Source: the human T2T-CHM13v2.0 reference genome, Homo sapiens. Taken from it: DNA of 64,000 nucleotides. Both the position numbers and the translations under genes were made by a program. The notes under the pieces are model-generated. The model saw nothing but the letters and a program-made list of their open reading frames with translations, searched no databases and was not told where the DNA came from. Positions 1 through 12,399 of the stretch are shown here, piece after piece. The first letter of the stretch is position 1, and each line of letters opens with the position of its first letter. Where the stretch lies: NCBI RefSeq assembly GCF_009914755.1, contig NC_060948.1, one strand, 5' to 3'.

Positions 1-47
1 TCTCTATTTATTATCTATCATCTATCTATATCTATCTATTATCTATC

Positions 48-78
<31 letters not shown>

Positions 79-143
79 CGTTATCATCATTATCAACTAG
101 CTCATACTTGGTTCTGTTTCTCTGGTAAACCCTGACAAATACA
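1..143 (+). mobile_element. 3' end of an MLT2 (ERVL) LTR containing a (TCTA)n microsatellite
   Basis: TCTA/TATC repeats at 1-80, then GGTTCTGTTTCTCTGGTAAACCCTGACAAATACA, resembling the recalled MLT2 terminus GGTTCTGTTTCTCTGGAGAACCCTGACTAATACA. Confidence 0.75.
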
Positions 144-1810
144 ATAACTTTATAATGTACTTTGATATATTGAAGGTTGAATTCTCCCACGATATTTTCT
201 TTTTCAACATACAATTGTATATGTTAGAATCACTTCTTTCCATATAGGTTTTAGAATCAGCATGTTGCTATTGTAAGTGATAGTTTTTTTAAATTATACT
301 TTCCAGATCTGTGGCTGTTGTACAGAAATGCAATACGTTTATATGTACTGATTTATGTTCCCAAAATAGTGCTAATAGCTTAACTATTTTTACAGTTTAA
401 TGTGTATGTCATTTTGCTTCCTCTCCCACATCAATTTCAGAAATTAATTTCCAAGTGCCCTTCAAATTCTGTTCAAATTTTGTTCGTCATATCACTTATT
501 ATAAAAATAAGTGAGAGGAGATTTGACTTATTTTTATGCCTCTCTATTTATATAGATGTTTCTTGTTGATAATGAATAAAACTTTATACTTTTCTAGATC
601 TTTTCAGGGTTATTGTTGCTATCTTAAATAAATATTTAAAGTGAATTTCCTAATTATTGGAGTAGACAATTGCTATTAATTTTTAGATTATGATTTTTTG
701 GTTAAACTTTCTAATTAAATCTAATAGAGCATCTGTAGTTCTATTAGTGTTTCTATTCATACAATAATATCAGATGCATATAATGCATTACTGCTTTTCT
801 TTGCATTTTTCTTGATGTAGTGAACTGGCTGAGCTTTCCAAGATGTGGTTGAACTGAAGTGAAGATAGAGAATTTTCTTCTATTTTTCCTCATTTAAATG
901 AGCACAATTTTATTAGGTTACCATTATGAATGATGATTGCTGTTGATGTCTGAGATCTGATTTGTGATGACCATTAAAACCTTTTAAGTTTTTATTTCAG
1001 CCAAGAAATTTTGCTTGTTAATGTTTCCTTGACTGTTGTTCCTTATACTTTAAGTGAACTGACCTTCAATCTTTCTCTGTAACTCTTGATATTATCATAC
1101 AATTTTTTCATCAAGTCTCTTAAAGCGGTGAATGATGTTTGAAAATTTGCTTATATAAAATCACTCTTTAACCATAACGGTCATGATTTACTATATTTTT
1201 AAGGGTTTATTCAATTCTGTTTACTAATATTTTATTCAGAATATTTACTTCTAAATTCATAAGTAACATGGGTCTATATTTTTTAATACTGTAAGTTTCA
1301 TTTTGGTATTAAGATTTTATTTTTTATAGCATAGTTGAAGAATAATCTAATTTTTCCAATTTCTTTGACTAGTATATATAAAATTGGAATTATTTCTCCC
1401 TTCAAATTTTTGTAATAGTGCCCTACCAAATTTTAGATAAGCCACCAAAATTTGGATGATTAGAAGACCCCAATAAACAGGAATCTGGCATTGATCATGA
1501 AGATTATTTAGACCTACCAAAAAATCTTCTTTGTGTGAAGATTTTTTTTAAATTAAGCTAAATCAGGTTTCCTACTTGTTAAATCAGTTTTTGATATTTG
1601 TCCATATCATCTGAGTTTTCAAATTTACAGATATCAGTATTCTCATACTATGTTTTTATTCTCTTTTAAACCTCTTCTCTATTTGTGGTTATATCTTTTC
1701 ATTAGTATTAGTATTTCTTTGGAATTCTTACTTTTCTTAACTATTTGTTTAAACATTTTATCAATCTTTTCAAAGAACCAAATTTTTATATGTGTTAGTG
1801 TTATATTTTT
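144..1810 (-). mobile_element. Highly degraded ancient L1 (L1M-type) ORF2 fragments, antisense
   Basis: T-rich strand with decayed antisense L1 motifs such as TTTAGAATCAGC, TTTACTAATATTTTATTCAGAATATTTACTTCTA and TTTTCAAAGAACCA. Confidence 0.6.
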
Positions 1811-1827
1811 AATAATTATATTAATAT

Positions 1828-2367
1828 TGTTTTGAATGCAAATACCAGGCTTCTGGATAAGGGCAGGTTTATTATTATTATATACATAATAGTAGCTATG
1901 CTAATTTCCCTTTGCCTCAGTGCTTAACCCTAGCATAAAACTATGAGAGACAAATGTCATCATGTGCATATTGGAGTAGGTAAAAAATACCAAAAGTATA
2001 AATCTGGGCATTTATATAGAAGAGAGAGTTTCTTGTCATCCCCTAATGAAAGGAGAAAAATACTTTTCTCCTTGAGAAGAATTCTTAGTTTTTACTCTCA
2101 CACTTTGTAATGTAAATAAGTTTCTCCAGTAGAAAAATGAGACTAGTGTCTTTATAAAATGTCTCCATCTTTATAACCCAAGACATCTCTCTATAATCCA
2201 AAGTTTCATTCTCCTTTGAAATCTCAACATATATATTTTCAGAAGGAAACTACTTGTAGGTGGTCTGTCACTATTATCTGTCATAATTTAACTTCTAGAC
2301 TTGTTGATAAGTTCAGATTCCAAGTTTTAGTACGATTTACTAAAAAAAAACCTAGCATGCAGAAACA
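1828..2367. mobile_element. Possible degraded ERV1-class LTR interrupting the old L1
   Basis: Block bounded by TGTTT...AAACA with composition different from the flanking antisense L1; family not recognised. Confidence 0.3.
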
Positions 2368-2707
2368 AAAATATTTTCTCTACAGCTTCACTTTGAGCTT
2401 TTGCTTTATTTTTCATGAATTTCTGCTATATACTTTATTATTTCTTTTATTCTTGTTTACTTGGTTTTATCTGTGTGGTTTTTAAGTTTTTAAGTTAGAT
2501 ACTTACCTTGTTTTTGGACTTTTATATGTATCTATGCATTGAAGCCATAAAATTCCTAAGTTAAGCTTATGCTATATTCCATGGCACTCTTCAATGTAAG
2601 TAAATTTTTTGCTGTCTTGTTAAATATTTCAACACTATTTTTAATAAAGTTATATTGCCATGTTCAGAAGAAAAAAAATCGAGAGTCAAACAAAGTTACT
2701 TTTCTTT

Positions 2708-2778
2708 TTATTACAAGTGCTATTAATATACATAAGAAATTACAAGTTATTACAAGTGCTATTAATATACATAAGAAA
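2708..2778. repeat. 32-bp direct duplication with 7-bp spacer
   Basis: TTATTACAAGTGCTATTAATATACATAAGAAA at 2708-2739 and 2747-2778, spacer TTACAAG. Confidence 0.95.
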
Positions 2779-3100
2779 AATATAACCAACTTCAGCCAGT
2801 TTCTGATATGAATTATACAAAGTGACATGATCAAGTGTTAACTACTAGTTTTAAATAGCTATGGCTATTTTGAAATACTTAACGCTTTTCACAATTGAAA
2901 TACTTATTGATATTTTCGAAGAATCATAGGCAGTTGGAAAAAATAACACAGAGATGGTTTTATAAATCTTGCCCAGTTTCTTCCTGATAACATTGTGCAA
3001 AATTATAGTATAATATTGCAAACAGAATTTTGACATTGATAACATTCATTGATCTTATTCAGATTTTCCCAGATTTGCTTGTCCTCATTCGTGTATGTTT

Positions 3101-3409
3101 TCTTTTTCTTTTCTTTTTTGCTTCTTGAGACAAAGTCTTGCTCTATCACCCAGGCTGGAGTGCAGTGGTGTGTGATTTTGGCTGTCTGCAACCTCCGCCT
3201 CCCAGGTTCAAGGGATTCTCCTGCCTCAGCCTCCCAAGTACCTGGATTACAGGCATGTGCCAACAAGCTTGGCTAATTTTTATATTTTTAGTACAGACGG
3301 TGTTTTGCCATGTTGGCCAGGCTGGTCTTGAACTACTGGCCTGAAGCAATCCATCCGACTCAGCCTCCCAAAGTGTTGGGATTACAGATGTGAGCCACCA
3401 TGCCTGGCC
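3101..3409 (-). mobile_element. Alu (AluS/J-like), full length
   Basis: poly-T tail, CCCAGGCTGGAGTGCAGTGG ... GAGCCACCATGCCTGGCC; TGTATGTTTT on both sides (TSD-like). Confidence 0.97.
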
Positions 3410-3726
3410 TTTGTATGTTTTTGTGCATGCTGACCTGTATACAATTTTGTCACACTTGTAAATTATGTGTTCACGCTACAGTCAAAATGATCAACTGCTC
3501 TAACATTACAAGAATCCCTTGCATTGCCCTTTTATAATGACAAACTCATGACTCCCACCCTCCTTTCTGTCTTAATCCTTAGCAACTACCATTCTGTCTC
3601 CCATTTTTAAAATGTTATAATTTCAAACATGTTATATAAGCCAGAAAAGTGGCATGAAGAACTCCAAGAATGTCCTTAGAGGAACAATCACAAATAACAA
3701 AAATTATTTCAAAATCATCATGCAAA

Positions 3727-4582
3727 GGGATTGCTGGGTTGAAAGGTAGTTCTGTTTTCAGAGATTTGAGGAATCTCCATGCTGCTTTCCACAATGGTTG
3801 AACTAATACCCAGAGGAATATATATATATATAATATATATATATAAAATATATATATTTTTATATAGATATATATTTATATATAGATATATAGAATTATA
3901 TCTATATATATATTTATATATATAGATATATAGAATTATATCTATATATATATTTATATATAGATATATAGAATTATATCTATATCTATATTTATATATA
4001 GATATATAGAATTATATCTATATATATATATTTATATATAGAGAGAGAATTATATATATCTATATATATATATATATATATATATATGTAATTCTACCAT
4101 AAAGACACATGCACGCAAATGTTCATTGCAGCACTATTCACAATACCAAAGACATGGAGTCAACTAAATGTCCATCAATCACAGATTGGATAAAGAATAT
4201 GTGGTATATATACACTATGGAATAGTATGCAGTCATAAAAAAGAAGACCATGCCTTTTACCAGAACATGGATGGAGCTGGAGGCTATTATTCTTCACAAA
4301 CTAACACAGAAACAGACAACCAAATACCACATGTTCTCACTTATAAATTGAAGCTAAATTATGAGAACTCACGAACACGAAAAAGGGAAAAACAGACACT
4401 GGGGTATACTTGAGGATGAGGGGTAGGAGAAGGGAGAAGCAGAGAAACAAATAACTATTGGATGCTAGGCTTAATACCTGGATGATAAAATAATCTGTAC
4501 AACAAATCCCTGTAACAAGAGTTTGCCTATATAATAAACCATTACGTAACTCCAGAACCTCAAATGAAAGTTTTTAAAAAAA
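3727..4582 (+). mobile_element. 5'-truncated, 5'-inverted L1 (older L1PA/L1PB) 3' end
   Basis: 3727-3807 is antisense L1; 3808-4582 is sense L1 3' end (ACCCAGAGGAATA...ATTCTACCATAAAGACACATGCAC...ATGTTCTCACTTATAA) ending in an A-rich tail. Confidence 0.9.
3818..4090. repeat. TA-rich micro/minisatellite with ~38-40 bp higher-order unit, inside the L1
   Basis: Repeated TATAGATATATAGAATTATATCTATATATATATTTATA units plus (TA)n. Confidence 0.95.
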
Positions 4583-5319
4583 GGAAGAAATTGCACATTC
4601 CAGGGCCTCCACACCTATGTTAGAGTAGAACTGCCCCACTGCAGAGGTCCAAGGCCTTAGCCTTGCCTTCCTCCTCTCAGCACGGTCTTGCTCGAAAGAA
4701 TGGCTGACTGAAACCTATATTCAATTTCTTTTATTCATGCATGCATATTATCTGACTTTTGTCTGCACATGTAGGGAACAGAATAGTTGAGAATCAAAAC
4801 ATAAAAATTAAATGAATAAAAATGAAAAGACTAGAGAAAATAAAAATAAGTAAAAACTATCATATAAGGTCTCTGGAAATTGTTCTAACTTTATGCAACA
4901 AGTGGAGAAATATTAGTCAAGAAAATATACTAACCTTTGGTAAGAGCAGCAAGGAGTTTGGGACATTTGACCCAGATTGGTATAGCCAAGAAATCAGGGC
5001 TTGCCCTGTGCCCTGCCCCAAGTCTAGGGTTATAATATAATATGTACCTCATAGAGGCAGGCTACAAGCATTTCTAATCTGCTCTATTTCATGTGGCAGA
5101 AGCTCTATTCTAGGCAAGAATATCTTGAAGGAATGAAGCTCTAGAAACAGCTAAAGAGAGTTCTTCTAAAACTGGTCTCATACCAAGGTAACTGTGCACA
5201 TAACCAGAACTTCACCACCTGATAAGTGATATTAGACACTCAGGGGAAATAGATTTCGCTGAACTAGTCTACTAGTCAAAGAAATTTAATTGTTTAGATT
5301 ACTAAACAGACAAATAAAT

Positions 5320-7190
5320 AAACTTTTTGTTTTATTGATATTCTCTATTTTTTGCTATTATCTATTTTATTGATTTTTACTCTATATTATTTTATTCTTT
5401 TTGCTGTAATTTGGTTCATCTTACTCTTCATTTTCTAGTTCCTTATAGGGTAAAGTTAGGTAATTCATCTGGGATCTTTCTCTTTTTTAATGTATACATT
5501 TACAGTTCTTAATTTTCTTTAAAGTATTGCCTATGGTGCATCACATAAGTTTTGGTGTGCCGTGTTTTATTTTCACTTATCTAAAAGTATTTTCTAATTT
5601 TATTTTTTAATTGTTTTCGATTCAATAGTTATTCAAGAGTGGGTTGTTTTATTTTCGTGTGTTTGTGAAATCTCTAATTATTGTTATGTTGTTCACTTCT
5701 AATTTCAATCGATTGTGATCAGGTAAACTACTTTGTATGTTACAATCTTTTAAAATTTACTGAGCATTGTTTTGTGTCAGCAGATGGTATCTCCGTGACT
5801 AAGATTCATGTGCACTTGGGAAAATGTGTTTTCTGCTGATTTTGCATGAAGTATTCTCTGTAGGTCAGACAGGTCTTGGTTTATGGTTTTTCAAGTCCTC
5901 AGTTTCTTCGCTGATCTTCTTCTATCTTACTGTATTTATTTCTGAAAGTAGACTATGGAAGCCTTTAACTAATATTGTATTTAAAGATATCATCTTTGAT
6001 ATTTTTTCCCAAAATTGACCACATCTTTTTTAAGATTCTGTTGTGTGTGTATATATGTTTTATAATTATTATAAATGTTTAATGAATTGATACTTTTATT
6101 ATTATATTGCATCCTTCTTTGTCTCATGTAAAGATGTTAAAGTTGATTTTGCCTGGTATGAGTATAACTACCTTAGCTCTCATCTGATTAATATTTGCAT
6201 GGAGTATATATTTCCATTCTTTCAGCGCATTTGTGTTTTTGGATATAAAGTAATATATCTTGAATATATAGTTTTTATCTGGAAATTATACTTTAATAAA
6301 GCTGAGGAGACAATAAAGTAAATCTCTTGTAGTCAACATATAGTTGAATTATGTATATTTTATACATTTCTTTAATACCTACCATTTAATTGGAGAGTTT
6401 AACCTATTCAGTTTTAAATTAATTATTGTTAAAGAAAAACTGAATGCTACCATATTGTTGTTTATTTTCTGTAGGTTTTGTATCTCTTATGTTCTTTCAT
6501 TTGTTTATTACTGTCTTCTTTTGTGCTTAATTATTTTTATGTATACATTTTGATTCCCTTCTCATTTACGTTTTTGTGTGTTTATTTTATATTTACTTGC
6601 TTTTATTTGTATATACATATTCTTGTTTTTTTCTTAATGGTTACCTGAAGGATTACAATGAACATCTTAAATTTATAGAAATCTAATTTAAATTAATTCC
6701 AACTTAGGTTCAATATTACACAAAAATGGTGCTCCCACACAACTCTCTGTCCATCCTAATTTATGTTGCCATTTTGTTTATTTATGATGTACTAATTAAT
6801 ATAGATTTATTATTATTATCTTATTTGACTTTTATATCATATAGGAAGAAAGTGGAGTTGCCAACCAAAAATACAATAATAATGACCTTTATATTTTCCT
6901 GTGTAGTTATCATTTCTAGTATTCTTCATTTCTTCATAGGACTTGAATTTGTTCTCTACTGACCTTTCATTTCATCTTTTACCTGTTCTTATGAGTCATG
7001 TTTGCTAGTAACAGTCTTTCAGCTTTTGTTCATTTTGGAATGTCCTAATTTCTCCTACATTCTTGAAGGTGATTTTTGGTAGATATAGAATTTTTGCTTT
7101 ACATGGCTTTTTTCTTTCAACATTTTAAATATTTCATTCTACTACCCCTTGGATCATGGTTTCTAATGAGAAATTAGTGATTAATCTTTT
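5320..7190 (-). mobile_element. Ancient L1M ORF2/inter-ORF region, antisense
   Basis: Decayed antisense ORF2 motifs (CATAAGTTTTGGTGTGCCGTGTTT, CATGTGCACTTGGGAAAATGTG, ATTGGAGAGTTTAACCTATTCAG). Confidence 0.75.
6254..6312 (+). mobile_element. ~60-bp L1M 3'-terminal insertion with 9-bp TSD
   Basis: ATAAAGTAA at 6245-6253 and 6313-6321 flanks TATATCTTGAATATATAG...AATTATACTTTAATAAAGCTG, resembling an L1M 3' terminus with polyA signal. Confidence 0.65.
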
Positions 7191-7678
7191 TTTATTTATT
7201 CAATATTTTAATTTTTAATCTTATGGGTACATAGTTGGTATATATTTATTGGATACATGAAATATTTTGGTAAAGGTATACAATGTGTAGCAATAACATG
7301 TGGGTAAATGGTGTATCCATCACCTCAAGCATTTATCATTATTTTGTGTTACAAACATGGCAATTTTACTGTTTTATTTAAAAATATACAATAAATTATT
7401 GTTGACTGTAGTAACCCTGTTGTGCTATCAAATACTAGATCTTATTCATTCTACCTAAACCGTATTGTTGTATCCATTAATCATTGCCTGATACCCTACC
7501 TCCCCACTACCCTTCTGAAACTCTGGTCACCATCCTTCTAATCTGTATCTTAATTAGTTTTTTTTTCTTTTCATTTTTAGCTCCCACAAATGACTGAGAA
7601 CATGACAAATTTGTCATTCTGATACTCTGAACCAGACCTCCAGTTTCATTTATGTTGTTGTAAATGACAGGGTGTCTT
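7190..7678 (-). mobile_element. L1MA 3' end, antisense
   Basis: ATGGGTACATAG...CATCACCTCAAGCATTTATC...TGTGCTATCAAATACTAGATCTTATTCATTCTA. Confidence 0.85.
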
Positions 7679-7854
7679 TTGAAAAGTCTACACAAACTAT
7701 TTAGTTTTTAACCTCAAGGAACTAAAAAACAAATGAACAAACAAACAAAAAAACTAAGCCAAAAGTTAACAAAAGGAACAATATAGTAGTACAGGTTACA
7801 GAAGAAATAATTGAAAGAGAGAATAGAATAACAATGGAAAAAGAAAATAATTCA

Positions 7855-9870
7855 CAGATCCTTTGAAAGAAGCAGTGCACTGCTGCAAATTCTGTGAAAC
7901 AGGTGAAAAACTTTGACTTCCCAAAGTGTGAGAGGGGGTAAACCTATCTCCAAAACACATCCCCACTGGGGAATTTAAAACTCTAGATCATGCAAGAAGG
8001 ATTTACCCTTACCTAGAGCTGAAACAGACTTAGGGAGTTGTGTGAAATATGAAAGTAGAAGTAGCAGTGGGAAGTGCCTTGCAGATACTCACAGTCTCCA
8101 GCTGGAGCCCAGGGAAGCCATCCTTGACTATACCTCACAGAGCCCCTCAGGAAACAGTCAGCAGAATTGGGGAGGTGTTTCATGGCAAAGGAAGCATCCA
8201 ACTAAAATTGGTAGTGGTTTTGACTGGGAACAATTTTTTTTCAGTGGAGTCTGGGGAACATTCAAGAGCCGCTGCAGATAAAAGTGCAGGAGTGCAGCAG
8301 CTGCCCAGACAAAGTGGGCAGATGAGGAGGAGCAAGGTTTGAAAAAGAAAGCTATGCTTGCGTTCTCAGCAGGGAAGCCCACAGCTTGGGGCAAGGTCTG
8401 AATGGGGCACTTGGGGACTCAGACTGGCTTTGTGAACTGCATGGAAGCTAGGTGAGGCCTCTCTCTATAGCCTATCCACCACTTCCCTGGTGAACTATAT
8501 GACACAGCAGAGATGACCAAGATCCCCTCTGGAACATAACCCCACTGGACTGAAAACCACTGCTAAATCACCCAAGTGGCTGTGGCAAGCCCTGCCTAAA
8601 GAGAGTTTGAGCCCAGATCTGCCTAACCTTGCCCACCTGATGGTATTTCTCTACCTGCCCTCATAGCCAAACACAAGAGACAGAAACTCTTGGGAGCTTT
8701 ATAGCCCTGCCCATCTCCTTAGAAATCAAAATAATCACCCTAGCCAACTTAGGGCAAGCTTAGAATCCCCACTACTGCTGCAGCTGGTGCTTTCCAAAAA
8801 GCACCACCTCTTTGCTGAAGGACAAAGAACACAGGCCACTACAGCAACTCATTACAGAATAACCCTGACCCAGGAAGGAAAATACAATACCTAATTTGAC
8901 TTCCTGCAACATCCTGGTTAAAGAGTTCCTGAGTGTGCTCATGTGACAACTTCACTGCTGGCATAGCCAGCATTTGAGAAAGCCAGCACACTTAACATAT
9001 CTACAACCAGACTCACGTAGTCTACTTCATTGCCCTGCCACCTCTACCAGAGGAGGTGCTGGTATCCATGGTTGGGAGACCTGAAGATGGATCCCATCAC
9101 AGGACTCTTTGCCGACATTCTCCAGCACTAGCCTGGCGCCTTGTAGCCCTGCTGGGTAGCTAGACCCAGAAGAGAAATAACAATAACTGCAATCTAGTTC
9201 TCTAGAAGTCCCATTCCATATTAAAAAATGCTCAACATCACTAATTATCAGGGTGATGCAAATTAAAACCACTATGAGATACTACCTTACTCCTGCAAGA
9301 ATGGCCATAATAAAAAAAATCAAAAAATAATATATGTTGGCATGGATGTGTTGAAAACGGTATACTGTTACAGTGATAGTGGGAATGTGAACTAGTACAA
9401 CCACCATGGAACATAGTATGAAGATTCCTTAAAGAACTAAAAGTAGAACTATCGTTTGATCTGGCAATCCCACTGCTGTGTATCTACCCAGAGGAAAAGA
9501 AGTCATTATATGAAAAAGACACTTGCACATGCATATTTATTGTGGCACAACTTAAAATTCAATAATATGGAACCAGTCTGAATGCTTATCAACCAAAGAG
9601 TAGATAAAGAAAATGTGGTATATATACACCATGGAATACTACTCAGCCATCAAAGGGAAAAAAAATAATGGCATTCACAGCAACCTAAGTGGAGTTGGAG
9701 ACCATTATTCTAAATGAAGTAATTCAGAAATGGAAAACCAAATATCGTATGTTCTCACTTATAACTGGAAGCTAAGGTATGAGGATACAAAGGCATAAGA
9801 ATGATATAATGGACTTTGGGGACTCAAGGGGAAGGGTAGGAGGCAGGTGAGGGATAAAAGACTACCCATC
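7855..9870 (+). mobile_element. L1PB-like element: 5'UTR (7855-9216) fused directly to ORF2 end and 3'UTR (9217-9870)
   Basis: GC-richer 5'UTR-type sequence followed abruptly by AAAAAATGCTCAACATCACTAATTATCAGGGTGATGCAAATTAAAACC and an L1PB-type 3'UTR (GGCATAAGAATGATATAATGGACTTTGGGGACTC). Confidence 0.75.
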
Positions 9871-9871
9871 G

Positions 9872-10725
9872 GTATGTGGTCAAGTGATCTTCAACAAGGG
9901 TGCCAAGAATACACAATGGGGGAAGGATAGACTCTTCAACAAATGTTGTAAAAGCTAGTTATCCACAAGCAAAAAAAATTAAAAGTAGAATCTTATCTCA
10001 CAAACAAAAATCAACTCAAAATGTATTAGTGATTTATACATAAGACCTGTAACTGTAAAACTCCTAGAAGTCAACCTATGAGGGAATCTTCATGACATTG
10101 GGCTTGGGAATGATTTCTTGAATATGACACCAAAAGCACAGGCAATAAAAACAAAGAAAAAAGTGGTACTAAATGGAACTAAAGCTTCTGCACATCCAAG
10201 AAAATAACAGAATGCAAAGGCAACCTATGGAATGGGAGAAAATATCTTTAAACCATGTATCTGATAAGGGATTAATATTAATCCAAAATGTATGAGGAAC
10301 TTCTATATCTGAACAGAAAAAACCCAAATAACCAGATTTTTAAAAAATGATCCAAGTCTTGAATAGGTATTTCTATAAAGAAGATACACAAATTGTCAAC
10401 AGGTACATAAAAAGATGCTCAACAATACTAATCATCAAGGAAATGCAAATCAGATATTACCTCACATTTGTTAGAATGGCTATTATCAAAAACAAAACTA
10501 ATGTTAAAGTGTTTGTGAAAATGTGAAAACATTGGAAACGCATACATTGTGGGTAAAAATCCAAAATGCTGGAGCCACTGTGGAAAACAGTATGGAGGTC
10601 TCTGAAAAAGTTCTGAATAGAATTACCATACAATCCAGCAATTCCACTATTGGGCATATATTCAGAATAATTGATATCAGCATCTTGAAGAGATACCTAT
10701 ACTCCCATGTTTATTGCAGCATGGA
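9872..10725 (+). mobile_element. L1MA/MB ORF2 3' region, sense
   Basis: GATCTTCAACAAGGGTGCCAAGAATACACAATGG, ATGGAATGGGAGAAAATAT, CCAGCAATTCCACTATTGGG. Confidence 0.85.
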
Positions 10726-11640
10726 TTTAATAGGTGGGTCTTAGCCTATTTTGTGGGCTACTGTTCAAAGCACAGTTTAAGAGCCCTTGTGGTGGTGCCA
10801 CTGGAATTCTCAATGGCTCCCTCTGGTGCTGCCTAATGGCGTTAAGGGAGCTTCTCCAAGCTACGCTTCTGAATGTCTCTTGGTGGGGGATGGTTTTGAT
10901 ATGGGATTTCCCCAATGCTTTCTCCAACTATCTCTGCGTATGGGAGGAGGGTCTCAGCATGCAGGGACAAAGAGGCTTTCTGCCTTGGGCCAGTTGCTGT
11001 ACCTGTGTCACTAGCCCATCAACTATGATGTCTCTATGCCGGAGATGATAATCTTGAGCCTGTGGGTAAACATGCTTGCTGTGACTGTATCCCATTTTCT
11101 AGTTCTTCTCACCCTCGTTTCTATGTAGGATGGAAATATAGCCTTGGGTTTTTGGGGAAGAAGAGGTTTCTCATTTTTCAGCGCTGTCTCTTTTTCTATC
11201 TAGTAACTCTAGATAGAAATCACTGCTTTAGTGATTCTGGGCATGTGGATTGGGAAAGTCTCAGGCCTGGAAGAGACAGGATGCTTTCCTGCCAAGAGTC
11301 TCAATCAAATTGTCTGGCCCAAGATGCCAGGATCCCTTTATGTCATAGGGTCTTCTATTCATTCCCGAGGATGAAAAAAATGACCAGGGTGCCTTTTGCT
11401 GTTAGATTTGGAGTCAGGAAATCCTGGGCCTGGAAGGCCTTCCATTGTTTGGTGGGATGACCAAGACATCCTGCTTCTTTGTTGTTCCTCCATTTCTGGA
11501 GTCCCTTACCAGTTTTCCTTCTTCTTACCACCTTTCAGAATTTTTTTTTTTTTTTGGTTGCATCTTGGATTATTTCCAGGGTATAAAGTTGTGTTTAGTA
11601 AATAAGAGAAGGGAGAAATAACTCTATGCCATCTTGTAAG
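10726..11640 (-). mobile_element. Probable ancient L1M 5'UTR, antisense
   Basis: GC-richer block ending in GCCATCTTG (reverse complement CAAGATGGC, the YY1 motif at L1 5' ends). Confidence 0.5.
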
Positions 11641-11812
11641 ATCTATGATTAGTTAGCTTTTTTAAAAAAAATGTTATAATGATGACTTTGTAAATATTTT
11701 TCTGCACCTCTAGCAAGTTTTGTTTTGTGTATTTAAAGATGGTTTCATTATGTGCATACAAGTTCAGAATTATGAAATTTTCTTGATGAATTGGTCATTT
11801 CGTTATTCTAAA

Positions 11813-12396
11813 TTTATTAGGTTTTTTTTATTGCTGACATAAAACAACTCACCATAAACAACAACCATTCATTATTTCACATTTCTCTAAGTCAGAAGTT
11901 CAGGAGGCTCAGCTGAGATCAAGATGATGTAGGACTGTGTTCCTTAATGGTGATTCTCAGGAAAAGTCTACTTTCAAGCTTATTAAGGTTGTGGACTAAA
12001 TTCTGTTTCTTATAGGTATATGACTGAGATCCCTTATTCCTTGCTGTCAGCCAGGGAGGTTTTCTCAGCATCTAGAGGCCACCTATATTCTCTAAACCAT
12101 GACCCTCTTCATCTTCAAATTAGTGACAGCAGTTTGAGTCCTTCTCATGCTTCAAATTTTTTTGAACTCTCTTTATGCATCCTCTTTTGACACATCTCTA
12201 TTTTGCTTACAACCTAAGAAGATGCTCCACTTTTAAAGACTAATGTGATTAGATTAAGAGGAACTAAATAATCCAGGATAACATTACTACATTAAACATA
12301 TTTTTAATGTAATTTTGACCTTATAATTTAAAAAGTTCTTAGGTTCCAGTAATTTGGATGTGGAGATCTTTGGGGTCCATTATTCTGTATACTATA
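11813..12396 (-). mobile_element. MLT1 (MLT1D-like) MaLR LTR
   Basis: TATTGCTG...AAACAAC start, GATTAGATT...ATAATCCAGGATAA, and GGTCCATTATTCTG end. Confidence 0.8.
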
Positions 12397-12399
12397 TGA

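Noticed and set aside
1422-1521. 82 bp flanked by CCTACCAAA direct repeats, possibly a small insertion
   Set aside because: No terminal inverted repeats, polyA or recognisable family; cannot be distinguished from chance.
10734-11605. ORF cluster in a GC-richer block
   Set aside because: No recognisable protein motifs or exon structure; the block looks like an old L1 5'UTR.
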